Positions 8,355-17,106 of a DNA stretch of 41,685 nt are shown here, one piece after another (within the stretch, counting starts at the first letter, position 1; the number at the start of each line of letters is the position of its first letter). Below the pieces are notes generated by a model. The model worked only from the letters and a program-made list of their open reading frames with translations, had not been told where the DNA came from and did not search any database. Origin of the DNA: Oscillospiraceae bacterium (lineage in GTDB: Bacteria; Bacillota; Clostridia; Oscillospirales; UBA929); assembly GCA_031271665.1 (NCBI GenBank), contig JAISVI010000060.1:1-41685 (forward strand). Direction: 5' to 3'. Made by a program: the position numbers and the translations under genes.

Positions 8355-8721
8355 ACTCCGCCGCGGCTTTGCGGATAATTTCAAGCGCTTCGGACGGGGA
8401 AATGGGTTCGTCCTCTTTTGGCGGTTCGGGGTCTTCCGGGGTAAAGACCCCCGCGCCGCGCCCAAGCAGTTCAAGCGCCTTCATCTTGTCGTAAAGTTTG
8501 AATTTAAGGCTGCCGTCCTTCGATACCGTGATCTCCGAAATGGGGCCGCCGTCCACTTTGCGCGAGTCTTTAAGGATGTACTCCTGCCTTGGCGGTTCTT
8601 CTCCGTCTTTGACCGTGCGGTATTCAAGATAGTCGGTGACGTCGGCAAAGGCGATGCGGCGAAGCTGGTCAAGCACCGCTTCCCCGACCGGCTTTTCCGA
8701 ATTTTCCGGTTTCCGTCTCAT
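8338..8721 (-). CDS. Terminase small subunit (short)
   Basis: VLDQLRRIAFADVTDY...ISEITVSKDGSLKFKLYDKMKALELLG matches the C-terminal signature of Firmicutes phage TerS. ATGA overlap with the upstream gene; lies upstream of terL. Confidence 0.8.
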   Translation of the reverse strand: MRRKPENSEKPVGEAVLDQLRRIAFADVTDYLEYRTVKDGEEPPRQEYILKDSRKVDGGPISEITVSKDGSLKFKLYDKMKALELLGRGAGVFTPEDPEPPKEDEPISPSEALEIIRKAAAELTINN

Positions 8722-9140
8722 GCCGCGTCCCTCCCGTACCCGGCCGCCATCAGGCAAAGCGCCTGGGCATGAAGCCGATGGACATGGCGCACCGAAAACG
8801 AACACTGCTCGGCAACGGCCTCCCACGTGGAAAACCCAAGGTAATGCGCCTCCATAACGGCGCGGTGACGGGGGTCGGGAAGCGTTCTTTCAATAAGTTC
8901 CTGCACACTTCGGATAAGTACGCCGTAGTCAAGCACGTCCGCGACAAGCGCCTCGCGCAGTCTCTCCAGCTCGGCGCGCGCCGCGTCAAGCCGCGCGGAG
9001 CCGGGAAGCGCGCAAAGACTTTTCGCAAGCGCCTCCAAGCGGGTAATGCGGGTCTTCTTTTCGTTAAGAGAGCGCGCCGCCCCCCGCGGCATGTTAAGCG
9101 CGCGCCTGACGGCCCAGACGGACGGGTCATTTTTGTTCAT
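8718..9140 (-). CDS. Phage late-transcription regulator-like protein (DUF1492/ArpU-like sigma-region-4 HTH)
   Basis: Coiled N-terminus, then LPDPRHRAVMEAHYLGFSTWEAVAEQCSFSVRHVHRLHAQAL. Canonical position immediately upstream of terS. Confidence 0.75.
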   Translation of the reverse strand: MNKNDPSVWAVRRALNMPRGAARSLNEKKTRITRLEALAKSLCALPGSARLDAARAELERLREALVADVLDYGVLIRSVQELIERTLPDPRHRAVMEAHYLGFSTWEAVAEQCSFSVRHVHRLHAQALCLMAAGYGRDAA

Positions 9141-9424
9141 GCCGCGCCGCCCCCCGCTCGCAGATTCCGCGTGTCGCTCATAAACCGTATAAATTCCGGC
9201 GTGACAGTCTCGGCAAATTCCAAAAGTTCCTCGCGAGTGGCGTCGGTGAAAATATATTCCGCCACGCAAGCCCCGTGCAAAAGACCGTCCGGGCAGGAAA
9301 CAACCTCGTCATCCGGCCACAGCGGCCCGCCGCACTGCACACAGTATTCCGGTTCATTCAGACGCGTATCCTCAAAGGGTTCACCGCCCGCACATTGCGG
9401 GCAGCCGCACAAATAATTGTTCAT
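9137..9424 (-). CDS. Small Cys/His-rich phage-type zinc-finger protein
   Basis: CGCPQC...CVQC...C...HGAC; AAGGAG RBS; ATGA overlap with the next gene. Confidence 0.7.
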   Translation of the reverse strand: MNNYLCGCPQCAGGEPFEDTRLNEPEYCVQCGGPLWPDDEVVSCPDGLLHGACVAEYIFTDATREELLEFAETVTPEFIRFMSDTRNLRAGGGAA

Positions 9425-9530
9425 GGCTCTCCTTCTTCTATTATTGTCAAGCAGTCTGTATACTGCGCTTGTACGCGCTGTTATGACATGCGCGGTAATT
9501 TGTTATAAAAATATTTGTCCATGTTATTCT

Positions 9531-9566
9531 TTTTCTGTTGACAATTGTCAAAGAAAATGTAATAAT
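9531..9566 (+). promoter_or_regulatory. Palindromic operator / candidate repressor-gene promoter
   Basis: Perfect 14-bp palindrome TTGACAATTGTCAA (9538-9551) flanked by TTTTCT/AGAAAA. On the plus strand it reads TTGACA-N17-AATAAT. Confidence 0.5.
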
Positions 9567-9609
9567 TATGAATGGTATGTGGCCCGTACCCAGACAAGCC
9601 ATCGTTGAG

Positions 9610-9638
9610 ATTATAGCACAAACGTTTGGTTTTGTCAA
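9610..9638 (-). promoter_or_regulatory. Consensus sigma-A promoter pointing into the packaging operon
   Basis: Minus strand TTGACA-aaaccaaacgtttgtgc(17)-TATAAT with an extended -10 TG. Confidence 0.8.
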
Positions 9639-9684
9639 CCCAGTGTTTCCCATACTTAATTATTTTACAAGGGGGATTATATCA

Positions 9685-10044
9685 ATGCTTCCCGAACAAC
9701 TAAAACTGCTTCCCGAAAGAGTCAAAAATCTTCGCGAAAGCCGCGGCTACAGCCAGCGCGTTCTTGCCGGAATGCTCGGCGTGTCCCAACAGACGATTGC
9801 CGGTTGGGAAAGGTCGCGGACAAGCCCCGACAGACGAATGGTTTCAAAAATGGTCGGCATCTTCGGTGTCACCTCGGACTATCTGCTTGGTATAAGCGAT
9901 TCCCGCCACGGCGAAGCCAGCGAAAAAGACCGCGCATATCTGGAAATGGCCAGAACCCTTCGTGAATACGGCATTACGCCCGAAGAGCTTGAGGTTATTA
10001 TGGGCGCGCACAAAAAGTTTATGGAGCTTACAAGCAAGCACTAA
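9685..10044 (+). CDS. XRE-family HTH repressor
   Basis: RVKNLRESRGYSQRVLAGMLGVSQQTIAGWERSRTSP...FGVTSDYLLG; divergent from the phage-like operon. Confidence 0.88.
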   Translation: MLPEQLKLLPERVKNLRESRGYSQRVLAGMLGVSQQTIAGWERSRTSPDRRMVSKMVGIFGVTSDYLLGISDSRHGEASEKDRAYLEMARTLREYGITPEELEVIMGAHKKFMELTSKH

Positions 10045-10098
10045 GGGTTACGATTTTCACGGGCCGTGCGGGTTTTCCTAAAAACCTTGCAAAAAATT

Positions 10099-10135
10099 AA
10101 ACCCGCCCCGGCATTGGCCGCAGGCGGGTTTTTTC
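10099..10135. terminator. Probable bidirectional intrinsic terminator between xre and ftsH
   Basis: AAACCCGCC...GGCGGGTTT stem flanked by A-rich and T-rich tracts, between convergent genes. Confidence 0.7.
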
Positions 10136-10156
10136 TTGGTTTCACAGTATTGCGTT

Positions 10157-12022
10157 CTATGTCGGGACTTCGACCTCATAGCCGTCCGTACCCTCGTCGG
10201 GCATACGCCCGGTTTTGAAGTAACGCTCGAACTCAACCGAGTCCATCGTTTCGTGTTCAAGGAGATAGTCGGCCACCGCGCGAAGCTTATCCATATGCGC
10301 GGACAGAATCGACTCGCAGCGTTCATAGGCGTTGTCCACAAGGCTTTTTATCTCGCGGTCGATCTGCGCGGTGCTTTCTTCCGAGAACGCGCGGGTGTGG
10401 CCGTAATCGCGTCCGAGGAAAACCTCTTCGTTGTCGGTGCCGTAGTTAATCGGCCCGAGGATATCGCTCATGCCGTATTTTGTGACCATGCTGCGGGCGA
10501 TGCTTGTAACCTTTCTTATATCGCTTGACGCGCCGGTGGATATGTCGCCAAGCACAAGCTTCTCCGCCACACGCCCCCCCAGAAGGCCGACCATGCGGTC
10601 AAGCATCTCGTTCTTGCTTACAAAGTCCTTATCCTCTTCGGGAAGGGTTATCGTCATGCCGCCGGCCATGCCGCGCGGGATTATCGAAATCTGGTGAACG
10701 GGGTCGGAATGTTCAAGACTGCGGATTGCCACGGCGTGTCCCGCCTCGTGATAGGCGGTAAGCTTCCGGGACTTTTCCGTGACGACACGGCTTCTCTTCT
10801 CCGGTCCGGCGATAACCTTTATCATGGCCTCTTCAAGCTCGCTCATGCCAATCGCGCGCTTAGAGCGCCGGGCGGCCAGAAGCGCCGCCTCGTTAAGAAG
10901 GTTTTCCAGATCCGCGCCGGTAAAGCCGGGCGTAGTCTTCGCGACTATGTTAAGGTCAACGCCCTCGTCAAGCGGCTTATTCTTTGCGTGAAGCTTAAGA
11001 ATAGCCTCGCGTCCCCGGATGTCCGGGATGCCGACATAAACCTGGCGGTCAAAGCGGCCCGGGCGCAGAAGCGCGGGGTCAAGGATGTCAACGCGGTTTG
11101 TCGCGGCGAGTATAATAACGCCCTCGTTCGCGGAAAACCCGTCCATTTCGACAAGAAGCTGGTTAAGCGTCTGCTCGCGCTCATCGTGTCCGCCGCCCAT
11201 GCCCGCGCCGCGGTGACGACCCACGGCGTCGATTTCGTCGATAAAGATTATCGACGGCGATACCTTCTTTGCCTCTCCGAACAAGTCGCGCACGCGCGAC
11301 GCACCCACGCCGACATAAAGCTCTACAAAGTCCGAGCCGGAGATTGAAAGGAACTGCACGCCGGCCTCGCCCGCGACGGCTTTCGCCAGAAGCGTCTTGC
11401 CGGTACCCGGCGGGCCGACAAGCAAAACGCCCTTCGGTATCCTCGCCCCAATCTCAACAAAGCGCTTGGGCGACTTCAGAAATTCGACGATCTCGTGAAG
11501 CTCTTCCTTTTCCTCTTCCGCGCCTTGGACGTCGTTAAAGGTGTATTTCTTCTTCTCGTCGCTTACAAGGCGGGGATTGGCGCGCTTAAAGGTCATGGCG
11601 CGGCTTTCGCCGCCGCCGGTGCGGTTCATCATAAAGAACCAAAGCGCGATAAACACCACGATTATAAGCACGTACGGGATGAACATGACCCACCACGGCG
11701 GTTCCCACCCGGGCTTATAGTCATATTCCGTAAGCTTGCCCTGCGCCGTCTGCGCCTCGATCTCCGCGCCCAGATCCTGACGGAAAAACTCAATGCTTAG
11801 AAGCTTATAGGACTTTCTCGTCTTATCCTTCATATACATCGTCATCTGGCCATTTGCCTCGATCACAAAGCTTTCGACCTGTTCCTGACGGAAGTCCCGC
11901 AAAACCTCGGAATACTTCATCGGTTCGGGTTTGTTCGCATCGTAAAGAACGCTGACCACCACCACGAGAATGATGATGATCACCAGATAAAACAGAATGT
12001 CCTTCGGGTCGGCTTTTTTCAT
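10157..12022 (-). CDS. ftsH: ATP-dependent zinc metalloprotease FtsH
   Basis: Two TM segments; [24 protein letters not shown] and HEAGH motifs. Confidence 0.98.
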   Translation of the reverse strand: MKKADPKDILFYLVIIIILVVVVSVLYDANKPEPMKYSEVLRDFRQEQVESFVIEANGQMTMYMKDKTRKSYKLLSIEFFRQDLGAEIEAQTAQGKLTEYDYKPGWEPPWWVMFIPYVLIIVVFIALWFFMMNRTGGGESRAMTFKRANPRLVSDEKKKYTFNDVQGAEEEKEELHEIVEFLKSPKRFVEIGARIPKGVLLVGPPGTGKTLLAKAVAGEAGVQFLSISGSDFVELYVGVGASRVRDLFGEAKKVSPSIIFIDEIDAVGRHRGAGMGGGHDEREQTLNQLLVEMDGFSANEGVIILAATNRVDILDPALLRPGRFDRQVYVGIPDIRGREAILKLHAKNKPLDEGVDLNIVAKTTPGFTGADLENLLNEAALLAARRSKRAIGMSELEEAMIKVIAGPEKRSRVVTEKSRKLTAYHEAGHAVAIRSLEHSDPVHQISIIPRGMAGGMTITLPEEDKDFVSKNEMLDRMVGLLGGRVAEKLVLGDISTGASSDIRKVTSIARSMVTKYGMSDILGPINYGTDNEEVFLGRDYGHTRAFSEESTAQIDREIKSLVDNAYERCESILSAHMDKLRAVADYLLEHETMDSVEFERYFKTGRMPDEGTDGYEVEVPT

Positions 12023-12130
12023 AACACCCTCCCGTGGTTTTCTTTGTTAAAAAGAAAATCACGCAAAAGAAAATTATCTCAGACTGACGTCATAGTCGTG
12101 CATCCATGCGCCATGTTGCCCGCAACCTGA

Positions 12131-12679
12131 CTATCTAATGGCTTTTTTGGAGATTACGGCCACATAGGGAAGATACCTGAAGCGCTCGGCATAGTCAAGG
12201 CCGTATCCGACGACGAACTCGTCCGGAATGGAAAAGCCCCGGTAATTGGGCGTTACGGGCATTCTTCTGCGTTCGGGCTTGTCAAGAAGCGCGCACAGCC
12301 GGACAGAAGCGATTTTCTTGCCCGCCATCAAGTTCATAATATAACTTAAAGTAACCCCGCTGTCAAGGATATCCTCGATAATAAGCACATGGCGGTTTTC
12401 AACCGGCATATCAAGGTCTTTTATCACCTTGACGTCGCCCGTAGTCTGCGCCCCCATAGCGTAGGAGGACACCGCGAGAAAGTCCGCCGTACAGGGAACC
12501 GTAATCCGGCGCATAAGGTCGGCCATAAAGACAAACGACCCCTTCAAAACACCCACTATCACAAGCTCTTTACCCGCGTAATCCCGGCTTATTTCCGCCC
12601 CAAGCTCACTAACCCTCTGCGCAAGTTCCTCCTCGGAGATAAGCACCCTCTCCAAATCCTCGTGCAAACAAACCCCCAC
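12131..12679 (-). CDS. hpt: Hypoxanthine phosphoribosyltransferase
   Basis: VLKGSFVFMADL, IIEDILDSGVTL and FVVGYGLDY motifs; tilS-hpt-ftsH synteny. Start may be TTG at 12667. Confidence 0.96.
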   Translation of the reverse strand: MGVCLHEDLERVLISEEELAQRVSELGAEISRDYAGKELVIVGVLKGSFVFMADLMRRITVPCTADFLAVSSYAMGAQTTGDVKVIKDLDMPVENRHVLIIEDILDSGVTLSYIMNLMAGKKIASVRLCALLDKPERRRMPVTPNYRGFSIPDEFVVGYGLDYAERFRYLPYVAVISKKAIR

Positions 12680-12698
12680 CGAATCTCCCCCTTAAAAA

Positions 12699-12751
12699 AC
12701 TGTTCGTTGTTAACTGTTAACTGTTCGTTGTCAATTGTTCATTGTCAATTG
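12699..12751. repeat. Heptamer tandem repeats at the tilS/hpt junction
   Basis: ACTGTTC GTTGTTA ACTGTTA ACTGTTC GTTGTCA ATTGTTC ATTGTCA ATTG. Confidence 0.88.
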
Positions 12752-14020
12752 AATACAAACCGTCCGCTTCCCCTCCCGCGGGGCGCGCGCGCGGTCAACG
12801 CCGAAGCCGGAAACCGCGATGACCCCCGCGTCGTCTGCGACCACCGGGATTGCGCCACGCCTTTCAAGCGGGATTTTCTCGTCGATAAACAGTTTTTTAA
12901 GCGTTTTTGTCCCGCCGCGCCCCGGAAAGGCGGCTTTGTCGCCGCTTTGCCTGCTTCGTACGCGGACAGCGCCCCTTATTGTATCACCGCAGACATAAAA
13001 TGTATTGAACGAATTGTTAACAACGCCGGGCTGCGCCTCGCCTACGTTTACGCTGATGCCGCTTGGAAGTCCGCTTGGCTGCGCTTTGCCGACAATAAGC
13101 GCGCCGTACACCCGCCGCGCGCGCAAATTGCCCGGCAAGTCGGCCGCGGCGTGGGGCGACTTGCTTGCGCAAAGCGCTAGCAGCGCGTTTATATGCGCGC
13201 TGTTCGGGGCGGCAAGACCCGCCGCGCGGCACATCTCCCTAAGCACGCGCGAAGAAAGCGAGGGGTGCAGTTCCAAAAGGCGCGATACCGGAAAAGAACC
13301 GTCGCCTTCGCGGCGAGAGGCAAGTTCCTGCCCGGCAAGGCCGCTTAAAAACTCTTCGTCCCCGGCGAGAAGGCTTGCCGCGCGTCCGGCGGCGGCCTCG
13401 GCGTTCGGGTTTATCCCGCGCAGCACGGGAAGCACTTCGCGCCGCAGCAGATTGCGCCGGAACGCGGGGTCGGAGTTGCTTTCGTCCTCGCGGTATGAAA
13501 GCTTATGCGCAAGCGCGTACTTTAGAATCTCTTCGCGCGTTACCGAAAGCAGCGGGCGAAGCACGGTGACGCCGCCCGTCTCCCTTCGCTGCGGTATGCC
13601 GCGCAGTCCCTCCGGCCCGGTTCCGCGCGTAAGGTTAAGCAGCATCGTTTCCAGATTGTCGTTCGCGTTATGCGCCGTAAGCAGGGTGTCATAGCCGGAT
13701 TCGCGCGCCGCGCCAAGCAGAAAGTCATAGCGCAGGGCGCGCCCCGCCTCCTCTATGCCCATACCGCGTTCCCGCGCCGCCGCTTTGGCGTCGCCGCGCC
13801 CCACGGCGCAGGGGATGCCGTATCCGCCGCAAAGCGCGCGGACAAACGTCTCGTCCCCGTCGGCGGCGGGCCGCAGTCCGTGGTGGAAATGCGCCGCGCC
13901 AAGCGCCGCAAGCCCGCCGCTTCTCCAAAGAAGAACGCACATATGCAAAAGCGCGGACGAATCCGCGCCGCCGGACACGGCGCACAGCACGCGGCTTTCC
14001 GGCGCAAGGCCAAGGGTCAT
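12731..14020 (-). CDS. tilS: tRNA(Ile)-lysidine synthetase
   Basis: AVSGGADS PP-loop, HHGLR, RYDFL, TAHNANDNLET, RPLL, EDESN and RNLLR motifs. Start MTLG after GGAGG. Confidence 0.95.
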   Translation of the reverse strand: MTLGLAPESRVLCAVSGGADSSALLHMCVLLWRSGGLAALGAAHFHHGLRPAADGDETFVRALCGGYGIPCAVGRGDAKAAARERGMGIEEAGRALRYDFLLGAARESGYDTLLTAHNANDNLETMLLNLTRGTGPEGLRGIPQRRETGGVTVLRPLLSVTREEILKYALAHKLSYREDESNSDPAFRRNLLRREVLPVLRGINPNAEAAAGRAASLLAGDEEFLSGLAGQELASRREGDGSFPVSRLLELHPSLSSRVLREMCRAAGLAAPNSAHINALLALCASKSPHAAADLPGNLRARRVYGALIVGKAQPSGLPSGISVNVGEAQPGVVNNSFNTFYVCGDTIRGAVRVRSRQSGDKAAFPGRGGTKTLKKLFIDEKIPLERRGAIPVVADDAGVIAVSGFGVDRARAPREGKRTVCIQLTMNN

Positions 14021-14122
14021 CGGGGATACCTCCGCATACTGCTTTAAAAATGCCGCGGCAGAGCCGCCGATCCGCAAGCGCGGAATGGTATATCTTCGGA
14101 AGATAATACCCGCTGCGGGGTT

Positions 14123-14151
14123 ATTATAGCACAGCCGCCGCGCCCGTTCAA
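14123..14151 (-). promoter_or_regulatory. Putative sigma-A promoter of tilS-hpt-ftsH
   Basis: Minus strand TTGAAC-N17-TATAAT with extended TG. Confidence 0.65.
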
Positions 14152-14159
14152 GCCGCTTG

Positions 14160-14206
14160 AAATTATGAAGGGAAAATAACTTGTAAATTATGAAGGGAAA
14201 ATAACT
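14160..14206. repeat. Perfect 22-bp direct repeat
   Basis: AAATTATGAAGGGAAAATAACT at 14160-14181 and 14185-14206. Confidence 0.9.
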
Positions 14207-14237
14207 GCATAAAATCCCCCCGCCTGCCGCCATACTA
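14207..14237 (+). promoter_or_regulatory. Putative sigma-G promoter of spoVAC
   Basis: GCATAA-N18-CATACTA matches the sigma-G consensus; spoVA is sigma-G controlled in Bacillus subtilis. Confidence 0.6.
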
Positions 14238-14259
14238 AGGCAAAAGGGGGGGATTATCG

Positions 14260-14709
14260 GTGAAAATGACAAACGCGCAGTATGCCGAGCATGTGAAGAA
14301 GGTGTCGCCGAACAGCGCCCTTGGGATGGACATGCTAAGGGCGTTTTTAGTCGGCGGGAGCATATGCGCGCTTGGCGAGGCGTTCAGGCAGCTTTACCTT
14401 TCGCTTGGGCTTGGGGAAAAGGACGCCGGGCTTTTAACCTCGGTGTCGCTTATGTTCATAGCGGCCGCGCTGACGGCGCTTCACCTTTACGAGAAGTTTG
14501 CCAAAGCGGGCGGGGCGGGGATGCTTGTGCCGATTACGGGGTTTGCAAACTCTATGGCCTCGGCGGCGATAGAGTTCAGAAGCGAGGGGCTTATAACCGG
14601 AACGGCGGTGAAAATGTTCAGCATCTGCGGCCCGGTGCTTGTGTTCGGAACCGCCGCGAGTACGCTTTACGGCCTTATATCGTGGGCGGTGCAGCGCATT
14701 TTCGGCTAA
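14260..14709 (+). CDS. spoVAC: Stage V sporulation protein AC
   Basis: AFLVGGSIC, GGAGMLVPITGFANSMASAAIEFRSEG and MFSICGPVLVFG motifs. Confidence 0.92.
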   Translation: MKMTNAQYAEHVKKVSPNSALGMDMLRAFLVGGSICALGEAFRQLYLSLGLGEKDAGLLTSVSLMFIAAALTALHLYEKFAKAGGAGMLVPITGFANSMASAAIEFRSEGLITGTAVKMFSICGPVLVFGTAASTLYGLISWAVQRIFG

Positions 14710-15479
14710 ACAACCCCGCCGAACAGCAATCGCGTATATTCGGTCTTGGGGTTTTCACATATCTCCCGCGCCGTACCCTGCTCGATTATCCCGCCCCCGC
14801 GCATCACCGCGATGCGGTCGCACAGGTAGTAAATAACGCCCGGGTTATGCGAGATGAAAACGGTGCTTAGGCCCATTCGCGTGTGCAGGTCGCGCAGAAG
14901 GTTAAGTATCTGCGCGCCGACAGACACGTCAAGTGCGGAAACAGCCTCGTCCGCGATAAGCAGCTTGGGCTTCAGCATAAGCGCGCAGGCGATGCACACG
15001 CGCTGTTTCTGCCCGCCGGAAAGTTCGCTTGGCCTTCTGCCGCGATAGGACGCGTCAAGGCCGACAAGCTCAAGGCTTTCGTCCGCAAGCCGCGCCCTCT
15101 CGCGCGCGTCGCGCATACCGGACGCGCGAAGCGGCTCTTCCAAAAGCCAGCCAACGCGCTTCACGGGGTTAAGCGCGCCGGCGGGGTCCTGAAATACGCT
15201 TTGGACAAGCCGCGCCATTTCGCGCCTGTTTTTCCCGGTCTGCTTTACCCCGTTTACCGTGATTTCGCCGCTGTAGTCTATAAGCCCCAAAATCGCGCGG
15301 CCAAGGGTGGTCTTCCCGCAGCCGGACTCTCCCACAAGCCCGAATATCTCGCCGTTTGCCACGTTAAGGCTTACGTTTTTCAGCACTTCAAGCCCCTTCG
15401 CCCTTCCGAACAGTCCGAAGGAACGCGATATATAGGTGTTTGACACGTTTTTAACTTCAAGTACGCTGCCGCCGTTCAT
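14706..15479 (-). CDS. Peptide/nickel ABC transporter ATPase (OppF/DppF-like)
   Basis: GESGCGKTT, FQDP, LSGGQKQR and ADEAVSALD motifs. Confidence 0.9.
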   Translation of the reverse strand: MNGGSVLEVKNVSNTYISRSFGLFGRAKGLEVLKNVSLNVANGEIFGLVGESGCGKTTLGRAILGLIDYSGEITVNGVKQTGKNRREMARLVQSVFQDPAGALNPVKRVGWLLEEPLRASGMRDARERARLADESLELVGLDASYRGRRPSELSGGQKQRVCIACALMLKPKLLIADEAVSALDVSVGAQILNLLRDLHTRMGLSTVFISHNPGVIYYLCDRIAVMRGGGIIEQGTAREICENPKTEYTRLLFGGVV

Positions 15480-16453
15480 AAGCCGCGCACCCCCTCCGCG
15501 TCCGGGAAATGACACCATACGCCGCGCTTCCCGGCGGCCACGCGCGGCGGCGGCATTTCGGCGCATATCTTCCCCCTTGACGGACAGCGCGGCATAAACG
15601 GACACGCCGCCTTCGCGTCGGTCACGGCGGGGACTTTCCCGGGGATATTGGCAAGGGGTTTCCCCTTGCCGTCTTTGGTCGGAACCGCGCCCAAAAGCCC
15701 CTTGGTATATTCATGCGCGGGGTGAGTAAGCACGCTTTCCGCCGGGCCTTCCTCTACAAAGCGTCCGGCGTACATAATAAGAACGCGCCCGCGAAGGCGG
15801 CGTATAAGCCCAAGGTCATGCGAGATGTAAAGCACCGACATGCCCGTATCGCCGCTTAACTCCCCCAAAAGCCGCAGTACCTGCCCCTCGGACACGGCGT
15901 CAAGGGCGGTTGTAGGCTCGTCCGCGATAAGCAGTTTCGGGCGCGTTATAAAGGCCATGGCGATCATCACGCGCTGACGCATTCCGCCGGAAAGCTGGTG
16001 CGGGTACATCGACCAAAGCTTTTCCGGTTCGGGCAGTCCGGCCGCCGCCATTGCCTGAAGCCCGGCGCGGCGGTTTTCCCGCGCGTCACGCCTTCCGTGC
16101 AGGAAAAGCGGCTCGGTCACCTGCCGCCCGATTTTCATAAGCGGGTTAAGCGAGGTCATGGGTTCCTGAAAGATCATCGCCGCCCGCTCGCCCCGGACAC
16201 GGCGCATCTCCGCCTGCGGAAGCGAAAGCAGGTCTTCGCCCCCAAGTATCGCCTGTCCGCCCGTAACACGCGCCGCCTCCGGCAGAAGCCCCATTATGCC
16301 AAGCGCCGTAAGGCTTTTGCCGCAGCCGGACTCCCCGGCGATGCAAACGGTCTCGCCGGGTTCGATATCAAAGCTTACCGCGTCCACCGCGGGGAAGCTG
16401 TCCGCCCCGCGCGTTATGGCGACGGATAAGTCTTTTACAGAAAGCAGCGGCAC
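15476..16453 (-). CDS. Peptide/nickel ABC transporter ATPase (OppD/DppD-like)
   Basis: GESGCGKS, FQEPMTSLNP, YPHQLSGGMRQR and DEPTTALD motifs; C-terminal CPFMPRC...C...CH. Confidence 0.92.
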   Translation of the reverse strand: MPLLSVKDLSVAITRGADSFPAVDAVSFDIEPGETVCIAGESGCGKSLTALGIMGLLPEAARVTGGQAILGGEDLLSLPQAEMRRVRGERAAMIFQEPMTSLNPLMKIGRQVTEPLFLHGRRDARENRRAGLQAMAAAGLPEPEKLWSMYPHQLSGGMRQRVMIAMAFITRPKLLIADEPTTALDAVSEGQVLRLLGELSGDTGMSVLYISHDLGLIRRLRGRVLIMYAGRFVEEGPAESVLTHPAHEYTKGLLGAVPTKDGKGKPLANIPGKVPAVTDAKAACPFMPRCPSRGKICAEMPPPRVAAGKRGVWCHFPDAEGVRGL

Positions 16454-16575
16454 GGGCTATCCCCCAAATACTTTTCTAAGGTAAATTACACAACCGGGGA
16501 GAACCCCGACAGAAGCCTTGCCGGTTTCCCCGTATGTCGCCATTTTTCCGTCTTTATCATTAAGAGGAGTTACGC

Positions 16576-17106
16576 TTACTTAAATGCGAAGCCTAAGCCT
16601 CTCATCATATCATACAAACTCCCATATCTTACGTCAAACGCAGATGCTACATCCGGGATTTTCGGATGCGCCGACGTTGATGTTCCAAGCGAACTGTTCG
16701 GACGCTCAAAGGTTATCAGTGTATATCCCTTGGCTTTTGCCACGGCAACAAGCCAAGCGTCAGCACGACTGTTGTCAGCCCACTCATTCAGTGCTTTATC
16801 GCTATACAGTCTTACTCCGGTTGGAGATTCACTGTTTTGAATATACGACATCACCTGCGCGTATACTCTAAGAACATCAGGTGTTCGGTGGTCAACGCGT
16901 GTAAACTCTATGTCTTTAAACCATTTACATAAATCGTCAGTCCCTTTAATAACTTCATCATACACCTTGCTCATCACGGCAATATTGCCCTTTTTTATGT
17001 GCATTTGCAAGAACCCCCAAAACGATGGGGCCATGTCAAATGGATAGTAAGTCTTATATGGCGTAATAAACGTATTCGCGTCCACCAAGAAAACTTCTCT
17101 GCTCAT
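16576..17106 (-). CDS. DUF4411-family PIN-like protein
   Basis: FLVDANTFI...YYPFDMAPSFW...ADAWLVAVA...LITFE...KIPDV; AT-rich; ATGA overlap with the upstream peptidase. Confidence 0.82.
   Translation of the reverse strand: MSREVFLVDANTFITPYKTYYPFDMAPSFWGFLQMHIKKGNIAVMSKVYDEVIKGTDDLCKWFKDIEFTRVDHRTPDVLRVYAQVMSYIQNSESPTGVRLYSDKALNEWADNSRADAWLVAVAKAKGYTLITFERPNSSLGTSTSAHPKIPDVASAFDVRYGSLYDMMRGLGFAFK

Noticed and set aside
9447-9653. 68-aa minus-strand ORF as a Cro-like protein
   Set aside because: No HTH pattern, no RBS, and it starts upstream of the consensus promoter it would depend on.
4940-10044. Complete or inducible prophage
   Set aside because: No integrase, replication, capsid, tail or lysis genes, and no direct repeat found between 4873-4940 and 10045-10156 that could be attL/attR.
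14021-14272. N-terminal extensions in the ORF track (tilS, DUF2225, terL, terS, xre, oppF, nfn small subunit)
   Set aside because: They run through promoters, repeats or neighbouring genes; downstream starts with RBSs or ATGA-type overlaps fit the families better.
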